Assembly: GCA_018238545.1 (NCBI GenBank)
Contig: JABCTC010000003.1
Span: 32,001-96,000 of the forward strand
Reading direction: 5' to 3'
Origin: Candidatus Heimdallarchaeota archaeon
Lineage (GTDB): Archaea; Asgardarchaeota; Heimdallarchaeia; Heimdallarchaeales; Heimdallarchaeaceae
Length of the DNA stretch: 64,000 nt
This document shows, in pieces, positions 1 to 10,300 of the stretch (positions are counted from its first letter, which is position 1; each line of letters starts with the position of its first letter). The position numbers and the translations under genes are program-made. The notes beneath the pieces were generated by a model, which was given only the letters and a program-made list of their open reading frames with translations, was not told the origin of the DNA and did not search any database.

Positions 1-839
1 TCAATCTGCTTCATGTTCCAGATAAGTACTCTTCTTCTCGTCCTCCAGCTGTGCTGGGGATAGATTTAGGAATCAATAAACGTGCGGTAAGTGCACTCCT
101 TACACCAAAAGAAACAATCAACCGACATGAGATCAGTTTTTGGTCTGATAAGACACGAAAAAAACTACTAAAGGAAAAAGAAAGAAAAATAGCAGAACTA
201 CAGAAACTTCTAGCTAAATCTAGTTTGACTTTTGGAAAAAGAAAAGAATTTCTTTACCAACTTAAGTCACTTAGAAAAAGATAAAGAACGGAACATAAGC
301 TAACCGACCACACATATGTCAATAAAATCGTCAAGTACATTCTCTCATTAGGAAAGAGGTACGACCTCTTTGTGGTAGTAGGTTTTCCAATTCATATCCG
401 CAAAAGTCATTATCGCGGTAATCTCCGCCCCTATTCTCGTAAAAGTGTCCACAAATGGAATTACAGGAGAATGACAGAATTGCTCAAATTCAAGCTTTTT
501 CTGCATGGCTGGGAAGAGTACAGAATCCTAGCTATTGGTGAATCGTGGACCTCTTCTACCTGTTCTCGTTGTGGCTCCTATCACACTATCCGTCCTAACC
601 AACCTACATTCATCTGCAATATTTGTGGGTATCAACTTAATGCTGACTTGAATGGAGCGAAGAATATAGCTAAAAGACTGATCAAGTATGTTCTACAACC
701 AAAATATAACTCTATTAAAGATCAAGTTAGTGGAAAGTTTTTTCCTCTCAGTTCTTTTCGTGTCTTCCCTGTCCTAAGCCAATGGCTACAGACAAAGCAG
801 AGTCATCTGCTTACTCCTGGAGCTGGAGTGAGTACCTAA
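1..839 (+). pseudogene. tnpB: TnpB-family RNA-guided nuclease (IS200/IS605-type), 5' end outside the window, interrupted by an in-frame TAA at 282-284
   Basis: ORFs 51..284 and 372..839 share one frame and align colinearly with the intact copy at 28301..29779 (LGIDLG RuvC-I, ESWTS..CSRCG and C..CG Zn finger, NADLNGAKNI RuvC-III). The intact copy reads RKRQRTEH where this one reads RKR*RTEH (CAA->TAA). Confidence 0.88.
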
Positions 840-1056
840 GGTACTCAATAACATTGTCTCCAGTAATGAGTCCCGGGGAGGAGATGAACCCGCTCACCTT
901 CACTAACCCCGTGTGTTGAAGGTGTAATCCTAGATCTTGAAGCTACCTTACGCTACTGCTTACTGCTATGCTACCTTAATACGTTCTTGGTTGGGAAGAG
1001 TCCTCAAAATTATTTTCCGCTACCCTTAATTGTGGAAAGTAGGAAAAATAACTCAT
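820..1056 (+). ncRNA. Putative omega-RNA scaffold / right end of TnpB element copy 1
   Basis: ~220 nt of non-coding sequence conserved with copy 2 up to ...GAAAAATAACTCAT (1056), then abrupt divergence. Hairpins: GAGTACC-TAA-GGTACTC, CACCTTCA...TGAAGGTG, TATTTTCC...GGAAAAATA. Confidence 0.7.
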
Positions 1057-1075
1057 AGTTACAAAACAAATTTAT

Positions 1076-2515
1076 GTGAATACATGCTTACTAAACTTGA
1101 TTCAGTTGAAATATTCGAAAATAGTTTGTACGATTGGACCTTCTTCTAGTGATGAATCAACTCTCAAAAAGATGATTAACGCAGGCATGGATGTAGCTCG
1201 GTTGAACTTCTCTCATGGGACTCACCAATCACATGAAGAAGTGTTCAAAAGAATAAGAAATATCGATTCTCGCATTGCTATAGCGATTGATATTAGCGGG
1301 CCAAAGATAAGACTTGGTAAACTAGAACAAAGTTATGTTTTAGAAAGGGATCAACAGGTTATACTTACTACTGACGATGTAGTGGGAACTAAAGATTTAC
1401 TCCCTGTTAATTATCCTTCTTTGATAAAGGAAGTCCAACAAGATTCTTTTGTTTATATTAATGATGGATTTGTAAAACTCAAGGTTATTCAGAAAGAGAA
1501 CAATAATCTAATTTGTAAGATTATTTATGGCGGTTACGTCTCATCTAGAAAGGGTGTTAACGTTCCAGAATCTAATCTTTCGATGAGAGTTCCTACAGAG
1601 AAAGATATAACTGATATCAAAAAAGCATGCGAACTGGGTGCAGATTATCTGTTTATATCCTTTGTTAGAAGTTCTACTGATCTTGTTAAAGTAAGAGAAA
1701 TTATCAATAATTGCTCCGATAGAACTATTGGATTAGTTTCAAAGATTGAGCACAAAGACGCAGTAGATAACATTAAGGAAATTGTAACTGCAAGTGATGG
1801 TATAATGGTTGCTAGGGGCGACTTAGGCGTTGAAGTAGGTGCAGCTAAAGTTCCTGTCCTTCAGAAGGAAATAATTAGGCTTTCTGTGAATATGGCCAAA
1901 CCTGTAATTGTTGCAACACAGATGCTTGAATCTATGACTAAAGAGTCTTTACCTACACGAGCTGAGGCAAGTGATGTAGCTCATGCCGTATTTGATGGAG
2001 CTGATGCACTGATGTTATCTGGAGAAACAGCTAAAGGGCATCATCCTGTTACGGTTGTTAAAACTATGTCAGAGATTATTCATGAGGCAGAAAACAATCT
2101 TTCCTTCAACACTTCCTTTATTTCTGAATCAAATCTTCCTAAAGGAGGCGAAATAGGTCAAGCAGCAGTTAAACTTGGTCAAAAATTAGCTGTGGAAGCT
2201 TTAGTTGCTATTACTCAAACAGGATACTCGGCAAGAATGATATCAAGAAACAGAGTCCCCCTACCTATTTATGCTGTTACTCCAGACGAATCAACAATGA
2301 GAAGGACCAATTTATTATGGGCAGTAAAATCTCTCTATCATCCTTATGATGGTGACTTTAATCAGATGATATCGAGTACAATAAAAAAACTCCACACTGA
2401 AAAATTCATTCATCTTAACAATGATGTAATAGTTGTTGCTGGTTCAGTAGTTGGACTTCCTGGAAGGATTAATACCATACAAGTTCTCAATGTTAAAGAA
2501 ACTATTGAGAGTTAA
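1076..2515 (+). CDS. pyk: Pyruvate kinase (true start possibly TTG at 1097 or 1106)
   Basis: KIVCTIGP, ARLNFSHG, GPKIR, KGVNVP, SKIE, DGIMVARGDLGVE, VATQMLESM, DALMLSGETA motifs. Confidence 0.97.
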   Translation: MNTCLLNLIQLKYSKIVCTIGPSSSDESTLKKMINAGMDVARLNFSHGTHQSHEEVFKRIRNIDSRIAIAIDISGPKIRLGKLEQSYVLERDQQVILTTDDVVGTKDLLPVNYPSLIKEVQQDSFVYINDGFVKLKVIQKENNNLICKIIYGGYVSSRKGVNVPESNLSMRVPTEKDITDIKKACELGADYLFISFVRSSTDLVKVREIINNCSDRTIGLVSKIEHKDAVDNIKEIVTASDGIMVARGDLGVEVGAAKVPVLQKEIIRLSVNMAKPVIVATQMLESMTKESLPTRAEASDVAHAVFDGADALMLSGETAKGHHPVTVVKTMSEIIHEAENNLSFNTSFISESNLPKGGEIGQAAVKLGQKLAVEALVAITQTGYSARMISRNRVPLPIYAVTPDESTMRRTNLLWAVKSLYHPYDGDFNQMISSTIKKLHTEKFIHLNNDVIVVAGSVVGLPGRINTIQVLNVKETIES

Positions 2516-2597
2516 ACTAACTCTCACCTATTTTTCTTTTTACAATAAATTAGAAAACTCTTAAAAGGAAGAATGAATCTCAGTAATTGAAGTAGAG

Positions 2598-3872
2598 ATG
2601 ACAAAGATAAGCTCAATATTTGGAAAGAAAAAACGAAAAGAAAAGGAAGAACAGCCAAGTTTTTTCAATGGACTATACAAATTTAATCATCAAAATATAG
2701 TTAAGAACAGTCAAACCTCTGAAGAGATCTTGCTTGGCAGTGAAAAATCCGATACTTTGTTTTTAGAAACTACTACAAAATTTTCTTCGTTCGGATATGT
2801 TTTTGCTGGAAAAACAGGGATCAATATACTTTCTCAAATGAAGACACGCATAAGAGAAAACTTCCCCCCAGCACTAATTGTATCTACTTTAAATGAATTC
2901 GATAGAATTGGTGAAAAATTTCCATTTATTGAAGTTCCAAATATATCCTTAGAGGATCAAACATTCTTTCAGGGTAATCAGTGGTATCTTACAAACAAGG
3001 ACAGAGTTGAGGATAGATTAGCTCGTTTACACAAAGAAGTTTCAATTGTATTTATCTTTGTAGAAAATAATGCTTTCTTATTAGGCTTGCTTACACCCAT
3101 ACTCAAATTCTTAGAAACTACTGATGTTCAACCCGTTGTGGTTCTAAACTTACCCAATGATGAAAGTGCACTAAATGAAACTGTCAGTGCTCTTACCTTC
3201 ATTTATAATCTCATGAATAAGGAAGAATCAACAAACATTCCTTTCATCCTCTTCGATGAAAATATACTTGTGAAAGCCAATCCAACAATGAATTTGGGTG
3301 AGTTATTAACAAGATTTACTGATCGAGTAGCTAATATATTCTGTGATATAATGCTTGGTTCGTTAACTACATCAACTTTCTATCAAACAGATTTAAGCAA
3401 TTTTATTAGAATATTTGAAAATGTGAGAGGACCTTGTAAACTGGTTTCCGTTGATATTTATGATAATAAACCAAATATATCAAGTCTTCTTGAACAGAAA
3501 CAGCTCTATGGGTCAAGTTTTTCAGTGAAAAAAGATGCAACTAGAGGATTTATGATAATTCAACCAAGTAACAAAGGCCTTAGTACTAAGGAGTACAGAA
3601 ATTTTAGAGATATTTACTCCAATTTTGATGTAAACATCTCAATTCTTGAAAAGCGAAATAATGGTTCAATAATTAGAGGTATTTTTACTTATAATGAGTT
3701 ACCAAAATCATTATTAGAGCTGTATGAAAACCTCTCTGAAATCTATATTGAAATTCTAGATGATCAAAATAACGTTAGTGAATATTTTGATTTAATAAAT
3801 CTTGAAGATTTAATGAATATACAACGATACAGAATCAATGTTAGAGTTAAAGAAGAAAAAGTAAAAGAATAG
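2598..3872 (+). CDS. Divergent FtsZ/tubulin-superfamily protein lacking the GGGTG[S/T]G signature loop
   Basis: Colinear matches to FtsZ elements: FAGKTGINIL (~GVGGAGNNAV), IVFIFV...LLTPILKFL...VVVLNLP..E (~MVFITA-GGGTGTG-AAPVIAEI...VAVVTKPF.FE), FILFDENIL (~LIVIDNDKL), QTDLSNFIRIF (~NVDFADVKTIM), ATRGFMII (~ARGALVNI). Confidence 0.6.
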   Translation: MTKISSIFGKKKRKEKEEQPSFFNGLYKFNHQNIVKNSQTSEEILLGSEKSDTLFLETTTKFSSFGYVFAGKTGINILSQMKTRIRENFPPALIVSTLNEFDRIGEKFPFIEVPNISLEDQTFFQGNQWYLTNKDRVEDRLARLHKEVSIVFIFVENNAFLLGLLTPILKFLETTDVQPVVVLNLPNDESALNETVSALTFIYNLMNKEESTNIPFILFDENILVKANPTMNLGELLTRFTDRVANIFCDIMLGSLTTSTFYQTDLSNFIRIFENVRGPCKLVSVDIYDNKPNISSLLEQKQLYGSSFSVKKDATRGFMIIQPSNKGLSTKEYRNFRDIYSNFDVNISILEKRNNGSIIRGIFTYNELPKSLLELYENLSEIYIEILDDQNNVSEYFDLINLEDLMNIQRYRINVRVKEEKVKE

Positions 3873-4103
3873 GAGTAAACTTTTTCTTATTTCTATTCAT
3901 TATTTCATGCTATTTAAAATATCTAAATTAACGTCTTATCCTTTCTTTTTACCAAATTCTTGGTATATGTAGAGCGAAAGGTATATAATAGTTCAAAATT
4001 GTTTTTTACAAAATTAAATCTCGCTGATGAATGTTTCAGTCATTACCTTTAAATATATATTAGCGAGACGAAACGATAAATAATCATTAATGAGGATACT
4101 AGA

Positions 4104-7100
4104 ATGCAAGGTAAACTCCGTACAATTATAGGTATTTTAATTTTAACAATTACAGTAAGTTCATCAGTCGCAATGGGTGTATTGCTTCCTCTTCACTCTT
4201 CGAATTTAATTACCCAAATATATACAGATATGGATAATAATGCTCGGTTGACAGAGAGTGATTTCTTTCCAAATGACGGAAGCGGTAATTACTCTGAATG
4301 GATGTATACAGGTGTAGGAACAAACACTTCAAAATTTGTTGATCAAGCAGTTTTTGAATTCTTCAATATTACAGATAGAGAGGCTTACCTCGACTACAAT
4401 ACGAAAATAGCGTACTTCTTTGTGCAAGGTGAACTAGTTTTTGACATTATTATTAATAAAACAGTTTTAGAATACGACGTAGAATCTGACTATGTAGTTT
4501 ATGCTTATAGAAAACAATTTCTCTTCAATGCAGAAGACTCATCCCTAACTGGTGATGAAACTGTTTTGAATTTCAACTATCTTTGGCCATATTATATTGA
4601 ACATTTTGGAAATGGATCAGAATATGGTTTTCAGAGTTTTATAGCATCAAAACTAATTCAAGAAGAATTAATCGGTTTTAATACATCACTAGGTTATACC
4701 TTTGATGAATTAGCTTATGCAGTTATGAATAGAACATATGCTGAAGAAGAAGGTATAGTGGATTTAGGCATCTATTTGCCCCACAATTGGTTAAGTGTAA
4801 GACCTGCTTTTCCAGATCTTAACTTTGATATTGCAACAAGTTATCAGATATTGTATGATGCTATATATAATGGTCATGATTACTCATTACTAACAGGCGA
4901 AGCTGGTTCAACTAAATACTTCCTTGATTTAGTAAGAGGTCTTGATTTTGAAGGACAATATGATTTGATTGTTGATGTTGAACAACTTTTAACAGATATT
5001 TATGGAATTGATACTCCACAAGAACAAGAATACGCAAAATCCCTTGCAGCCTATATGAATTATTTACTAGGAAAGCCTTCATTGGATTGGCTTTATGAAA
5101 ATCAAATATCATATGTTTGTGAAAGAACTGCTATGGATTGGGTATTAGGTATTGAAGATCCTCTTATGGATGGAAAAAGATTCCCCTTAGTTAACAATCA
5201 ATCATTATCAAGTTCAAGTATTGATTGGGATTTAGATTTGTATTATGCAGAAAAACTTGGATCATATGATGTAAATGATGTTGGTAAAATCATAGCAATA
5301 GCTAATATTCCAGGGTATTATTATTCTCAATCTATGGAACTATTCGTGGAAGATAACCTAGCTTACGTGATAGAAGGTGGAACTGATATTAAAATAGTTA
5401 ATATGACAGATCCCTTATTCAAAGCAATCGGTCAATTCGGAGACTTCATTCTTGACACTGCTCTTCCCAATCCTTCATACGATCCTATAGGCGTTGATGG
5501 TTATATTTCAAACCTTGTTGTAGTTGATTCATATATTTATGCAGTAGAAGGTGACACTGGATTAGAAATACTCAATGCAACCGACCCAAGTGCTATTTAC
5601 GAACTTGACCAGTGGGATAATTTTGGGAATGCTGATATGCGAGATGTTGATAACGCCGTTTTTGGAACATCAACTCCTTATGATGCTCTTATAATAGCAA
5701 ATGGACAACATGGTCTAACTTATGCCAGATTGCAAACTGAAGATAGAACAGTAAGTACAGTTGTTAATTTTGCAGGGTTATCTGGAGAGGCTTATTCCGT
5801 AGATGAATACAATGATTACGCTTTCGTAGGTTTAGGAATTGATGGAATTGATGTAGTTAGTATAGATGGTCTCGACGGTACAATGGCGCTTGAATATCAT
5901 TATGATTCAATCAATTTTGCAACATTCAATAACATTCTAGATGTTAAAGCAGAAAATGGATTCCTATACGTTCTTGATGCAGTTGAGGGATTGTTAATAT
6001 TCGATATATTGTTTAATGGTACTCTTATTGAACAAGGTCAATTTGCATATGGACCTACGGAAACACCTTACATTGATGTTTATGTTGAAGGAACTAATGC
6101 CTATTTAGCACAAGGAGATTATGGTCTTGTTGTAGTAGATATCTCTAACAAACTCAGTCCTTCTGAAAATGCCAGATTTGACGGTGCTGAACACAAAGGT
6201 TTAGCATACAGCGTATATGTTGATGGAAGTGATGTTTATCTTTCAGATTATTCTCAAGGACTGGTTCATCTCAATTATGTCTCTAACACCTTTTCAATTG
6301 CTAATAAAGATCAGTTACACACTTTCGTTGAAGCTTGGCAAAGCGAGAACAATATTCAATTCAATAATTGGCTTCTAAGTGATCCTGAATTCGAAGCAAA
6401 TGAAACATATGATTCATTCGGATTATACACATTTGTTGAAAGAGGTTTCAGACAACAATGGACAGAGTATTTCCTTAGACCTTACATCTTCTCCTCATTA
6501 ACAGATACAGCTCTGTTTGTTGATAAAACAGTATTAGTTTATACCGCACAAGCTCAGATACCATATCTACAAAATGAGGAAAACAGCCTGTATTGGATGC
6601 AAGACGCTAACTTCCTCAATGAAAGTTTCCAACATGCAGGAAGATGGAGCATCCTTCATGGGGTAGAATATCAAGCAACAGATTTTGATATTACTCATTC
6701 CTTCCCTGGTACATTACGAGATGAATTCCACATGCAATTCATGTTAGTAGAACCTAAAACAGGGTCTATAATTGAACGCAAAGATAGAGTACAATATAAT
6801 ACACGAGCTATAGACTATAAAGAGGCTTATTCACTTCTCAATAAGACTACATTCGGATACGAGTGGGAAGTCCCTGGGGCTAATTACGTCAATTTACCTG
6901 TTGATCACATCTACAAGACATGGCATGTTACATATCCAGCTTTACCTGGAGATATGGCAACACTCTTCTGGCAAGAAGATGTCTACAAAGCTACAAATAA
7001 TTTCTATGAAGTGTTAAGAGAAGACTTCTTAGATAAAATCGACAATGCTGATGCTCTGAGAACATTAGGTGCTTTTGGTTCAATGTTCAGTGTTGCCGCT

Positions 7101-7163
7101 GGTTTTATTGTAGCTTCTGTTGTGCTCAATTTCATGAAGAAGAGAGCAGAAATTCCAAAATAA
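4104..7163 (+). CDS. CD36/SR-B (LIMP-2)-like two-TM glycoprotein with inserted LVIVD-repeat beta-propeller
   Basis: N- and C-terminal TM helices. CD36-like motifs FEFFNITD, YRKQFLFNAEDS...DETVLNFN, RTAMDWVLGIEDPLM, LVEPKTGSIIERKDRVQYN, LFWQE. LVIVD repeats (YIYAVEGDTGLEILNATDP; NAYLAQGDYGLVVVDISN). Many N-x-S/T sequons. Confidence 0.7.
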   Translation: MQGKLRTIIGILILTITVSSSVAMGVLLPLHSSNLITQIYTDMDNNARLTESDFFPNDGSGNYSEWMYTGVGTNTSKFVDQAVFEFFNITDREAYLDYNTKIAYFFVQGELVFDIIINKTVLEYDVESDYVVYAYRKQFLFNAEDSSLTGDETVLNFNYLWPYYIEHFGNGSEYGFQSFIASKLIQEELIGFNTSLGYTFDELAYAVMNRTYAEEEGIVDLGIYLPHNWLSVRPAFPDLNFDIATSYQILYDAIYNGHDYSLLTGEAGSTKYFLDLVRGLDFEGQYDLIVDVEQLLTDIYGIDTPQEQEYAKSLAAYMNYLLGKPSLDWLYENQISYVCERTAMDWVLGIEDPLMDGKRFPLVNNQSLSSSSIDWDLDLYYAEKLGSYDVNDVGKIIAIANIPGYYYSQSMELFVEDNLAYVIEGGTDIKIVNMTDPLFKAIGQFGDFILDTALPNPSYDPIGVDGYISNLVVVDSYIYAVEGDTGLEILNATDPSAIYELDQWDNFGNADMRDVDNAVFGTSTPYDALIIANGQHGLTYARLQTEDRTVSTVVNFAGLSGEAYSVDEYNDYAFVGLGIDGIDVVSIDGLDGTMALEYHYDSINFATFNNILDVKAENGFLYVLDAVEGLLIFDILFNGTLIEQGQFAYGPTETPYIDVYVEGTNAYLAQGDYGLVVVDISNKLSPSENARFDGAEHKGLAYSVYVDGSDVYLSDYSQGLVHLNYVSNTFSIANKDQLHTFVEAWQSENNIQFNNWLLSDPEFEANETYDSFGLYTFVERGFRQQWTEYFLRPYIFSSLTDTALFVDKTVLVYTAQAQIPYLQNEENSLYWMQDANFLNESFQHAGRWSILHGVEYQATDFDITHSFPGTLRDEFHMQFMLVEPKTGSIIERKDRVQYNTRAIDYKEAYSLLNKTTFGYEWEVPGANYVNLPVDHIYKTWHVTYPALPGDMATLFWQEDVYKATNNFYEVLREDFLDKIDNADALRTLGAFGSMFSVAAGFIVASVVLNFMKKRAEIPK
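5340..6300 (+). repeat. LVIVD repeat array (~7 blades, beta-propeller) inside the CD36-like gene
   Basis: Repeated 'V.V.g.yaYv..g..GL.ivdis' units of ~45-50 aa. Confidence 0.75.
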
Positions 7164-7179
7164 AAGAATAAACTGCGCA

Positions 7180-7200
7180 TTCTTTTCACTCTTTTTTTCT
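7180..7200 (+). terminator. Archaeal oligo-T terminator
   Basis: T-rich run (TTCTTTTCACTCTTTTTTTCT) just after the stop at 7163. Confidence 0.4.
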
Positions 7201-7354
7201 ATCTAAGTTTTTCAAAATGCCTGTCTAATCATTTTTGCCGGTAAAATTTAACTTTAAATAGGTATAACAACAATATGATTTATATTGACAAGAACAGTCT
7301 CAATATTATTATATGTTAAGGGGACATATGACAAGAGGATAAGAGGTAAACACA

Positions 7355-10300
7355 TTGTCTGATGATACAAGAGCAAAGAAAATGTCAGCAGCTGCATTCT
7401 TCAATGATAACAAAGCAATAGCTGGCTTTGGAAATTCAATGAGGGCAGTATTTACGAGTATCAGAGAACTTGTAGAAAATGGTTTGGATGCAGCAGAAAT
7501 AAGGGGAGTCAACCCTGTTATTTCAGTTGACTTACGTAAGCTTTCTAGCAGAGAAATTAACGATCTGCTAGATGTTACACAATATAAAAAGTTGGAAAAG
7601 CATCTTGATTTTCTGCAGTTAACTTGTAGAGATAACGGTGTTGGGGTTCCAAGTAATCAAATAGCAGATTTGTTCGGACGAGTATTAACCGGAACTAAAT
7701 ACGGTGTGATTCAGACTCGTGGTCGATTTGGTCTTGGAGCAAAAATGTGTTTACTTCACTCTATGTCTTCAGTTGATCTACCTGCTCGTATCAAAAGTCG
7801 TTATTTTATGGATGATATGACTCATGAACTACATTTAATGATAGATCTTGAAAGAAATCAACCTATCGTCATGGAACAAAGAGAATATTTATCTGGAGAT
7901 CCAAATGCGCTAGAAGAACCGGGTGTTGAGATTAGCATAACCTTTACAGGTGCTTGGAGATTAGCAAAGAATAGCGTTAAAGAATACTTCAGACAGTTAG
8001 CAATTATTACTCCTTATGCAAGTTTTGATATAAAAGTTCCTGGTGATAAGGAAGGAGAATATGAGGAATTACATTATGTGAATGTGGTAGATGATATGCC
8101 TTCCCCTCCCCAGCACGTTAAAATTCATCCTTGGGGTTGTGATATCACTCAATTCAAATCAGAATTATCTTCAACTAAAGCTAAAAAAATGAAGAAATTT
8201 CTTGCAGAACATTTTATGGGAGTAACAGAAGAAATTGCTGAAGATTTCTTCCAGTTATTGGAAATCGACCCAAACAAATCACCTTCGAATATAACTTCAA
8301 AAGAAATTCGAAGAATAGTTCACGAAGGTTTTGTTAAAGCTTATCAAGAAGCCAAGGATGTTAAGAGGAAACGAGATAGGATATTTCAGTTTGACCCACC
8401 TAGAGGAGATGCTCTTTCTCCATTAGGTGCAGGAAGATTAAGGAAAGGTCTCGAGAAAGAATTACAACCAAAATTTGTTGAAGCGGTTACAAGACCTCCT
8501 AAGGCTTATTCTGGTCATCCTTTCGCAATTGAAGCAACAATGGGTTATGGTGGGGGAGTAAATGAAGCAGCTCAAGCTAAAGGAACTACCGTCCACGACA
8601 ATAAGATAATTTACAGGTATGCTAATAGAATCCCTCTTATTTTTGGGGCTGGAAATGATGTTATCACTCAAGTCGTTTCCTCTATTCGGTGGAACGATTA
8701 TGGACTAACTAGACAGTCTGACCCTCTTGCCATCGCTGTTTCGTTAGTCAGTACAAAAATACCTTTCCCTGAGACAAGTAAAGAATATATTTCTAATGTT
8801 CCTGAAATTGAAGAAGAAATAAGATTAGCTCTGATGCAATTAGGAAGGAGACTTAAAACCTTTTTGAGCAGAGCAAAACGAAGAAAGAGAGAACATGCTC
8901 GATTATCAAGATTTGTTAAATCAGCACCAGTAATAATTGAAAATCTCACTCAAATTCTTGAAGATGAGAACCTTAAATTTACCGATTTCCGACTAGAAAC
9001 AGATCGGATTTCTGCAGCTCTCGCTCATGGTACTCCGAGGAAGGTTCGCCTTTATATGCCAATTGGAAAGCGGTTATTCGGAGCAAATATTTGGTGCCCA
9101 AATAATATTCAAACTACATTAAAGAATAACAATGTTGAGTCAGTTGCAGAATTTTTACTCAAAGATTCAAAAGAATTAGTTACAATCCTTCAATTAACAG
9201 AATCTCAAGTTTACGACATAAAATTAAGAACCATTTCTGAATTGGATAGAGACAACTTGAGTCCAAATTTTGACACAAAGACCTTAGTATCTCGTCTTGT
9301 TGAAAGAAGGTTCTCCTCCGAAGGTGAAAGAAAATTCATTTCCCTAAAAGATGCATTATTTAGGCGATGGATACAAAATGTTTACCACTATTTAGCAACG
9401 GATTTCGAAAAATTACGTAATGTCTCCGGAATGCTTGAGAAATTTTTTGAAACTAAAAAAGACGAATTACTTAATGATTATTTAGCTAAAGGAGCTAAAA
9501 CAAGTAAAAATACCATATTAACAATAGACAAAGCTATTGCTACTTACGCTAAAGCATCAGATTTAAAGAAAGAACAACTTTACCCTCCTTTTAAATATTT
9601 AAAATCTGAAACTGACAATGTTCTTGGAGAAGATTTATCGATAGAAGAATTTCTTTACCAGACTGTACAACCCACATCTATCAACTATCATCCAGAAATA
9701 ACTCGAACACTTATCGAGTATCTGAAAATTGTATTTACCCACATCAAAAACAAATTCCCTGCTTTCGCAACAACCAGTATAACAAAAATGCAACCTGATT
9801 GGACAGACGGTTATACAAAAAACGCTTTCCACAGAAGAAAGATAAAAACTGTTGGTGATTTTCTAAACCATTCTACTGATGATCTTATCGACATAAAAGA
9901 ACTGGAAAGAATAATGTATGAACAATACATTGAACTGATCACATTAAATACCAAATCTGTTCCTTTGAATGATTTCTCTTTTGTTGAGATTCAACAGCTA
10001 AAAGAAGAAGAAAACCGTATTAAGAGAGTTTTGGCTAAACACGGAATAAAAACCCTTGCTCAGTTCTTAAGTTATCCCTCTGAATCGATTTTACTTAAGA
10101 AGTTTGATACTTTAAGTGCTCTTCTGCTCAAGGAATCAAAATTCAAATTATTTACAAATTTACACGATACTAATAGAATTATTAATCAATCTTACATCAA
10201 AGTTATTCCTAAAAATGTTGAAACAGAATTAGTGAAAAATCAAATATTTACAACTTCTACCTTTTTAGCCAAATCTTCTGTAATTTTGAAGAAAATGGGC

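Larger units (their letters stand above)
1..1056 (+). mobile_element. Solo-TnpB (IS200/IS605-like) element, copy 1, partial
   Basis: tnpB pseudogene plus conserved structured right end ending in TCAT. A second copy is in the window. Confidence 0.75.

Noticed and set aside
51-839. Two separate genes or programmed readthrough in TnpB copy 1
   Set aside because: A single CAA->TAA change relative to copy 2 is most simply a nonsense mutation or base-call error. TAA is not a Sec/Pyl codon.
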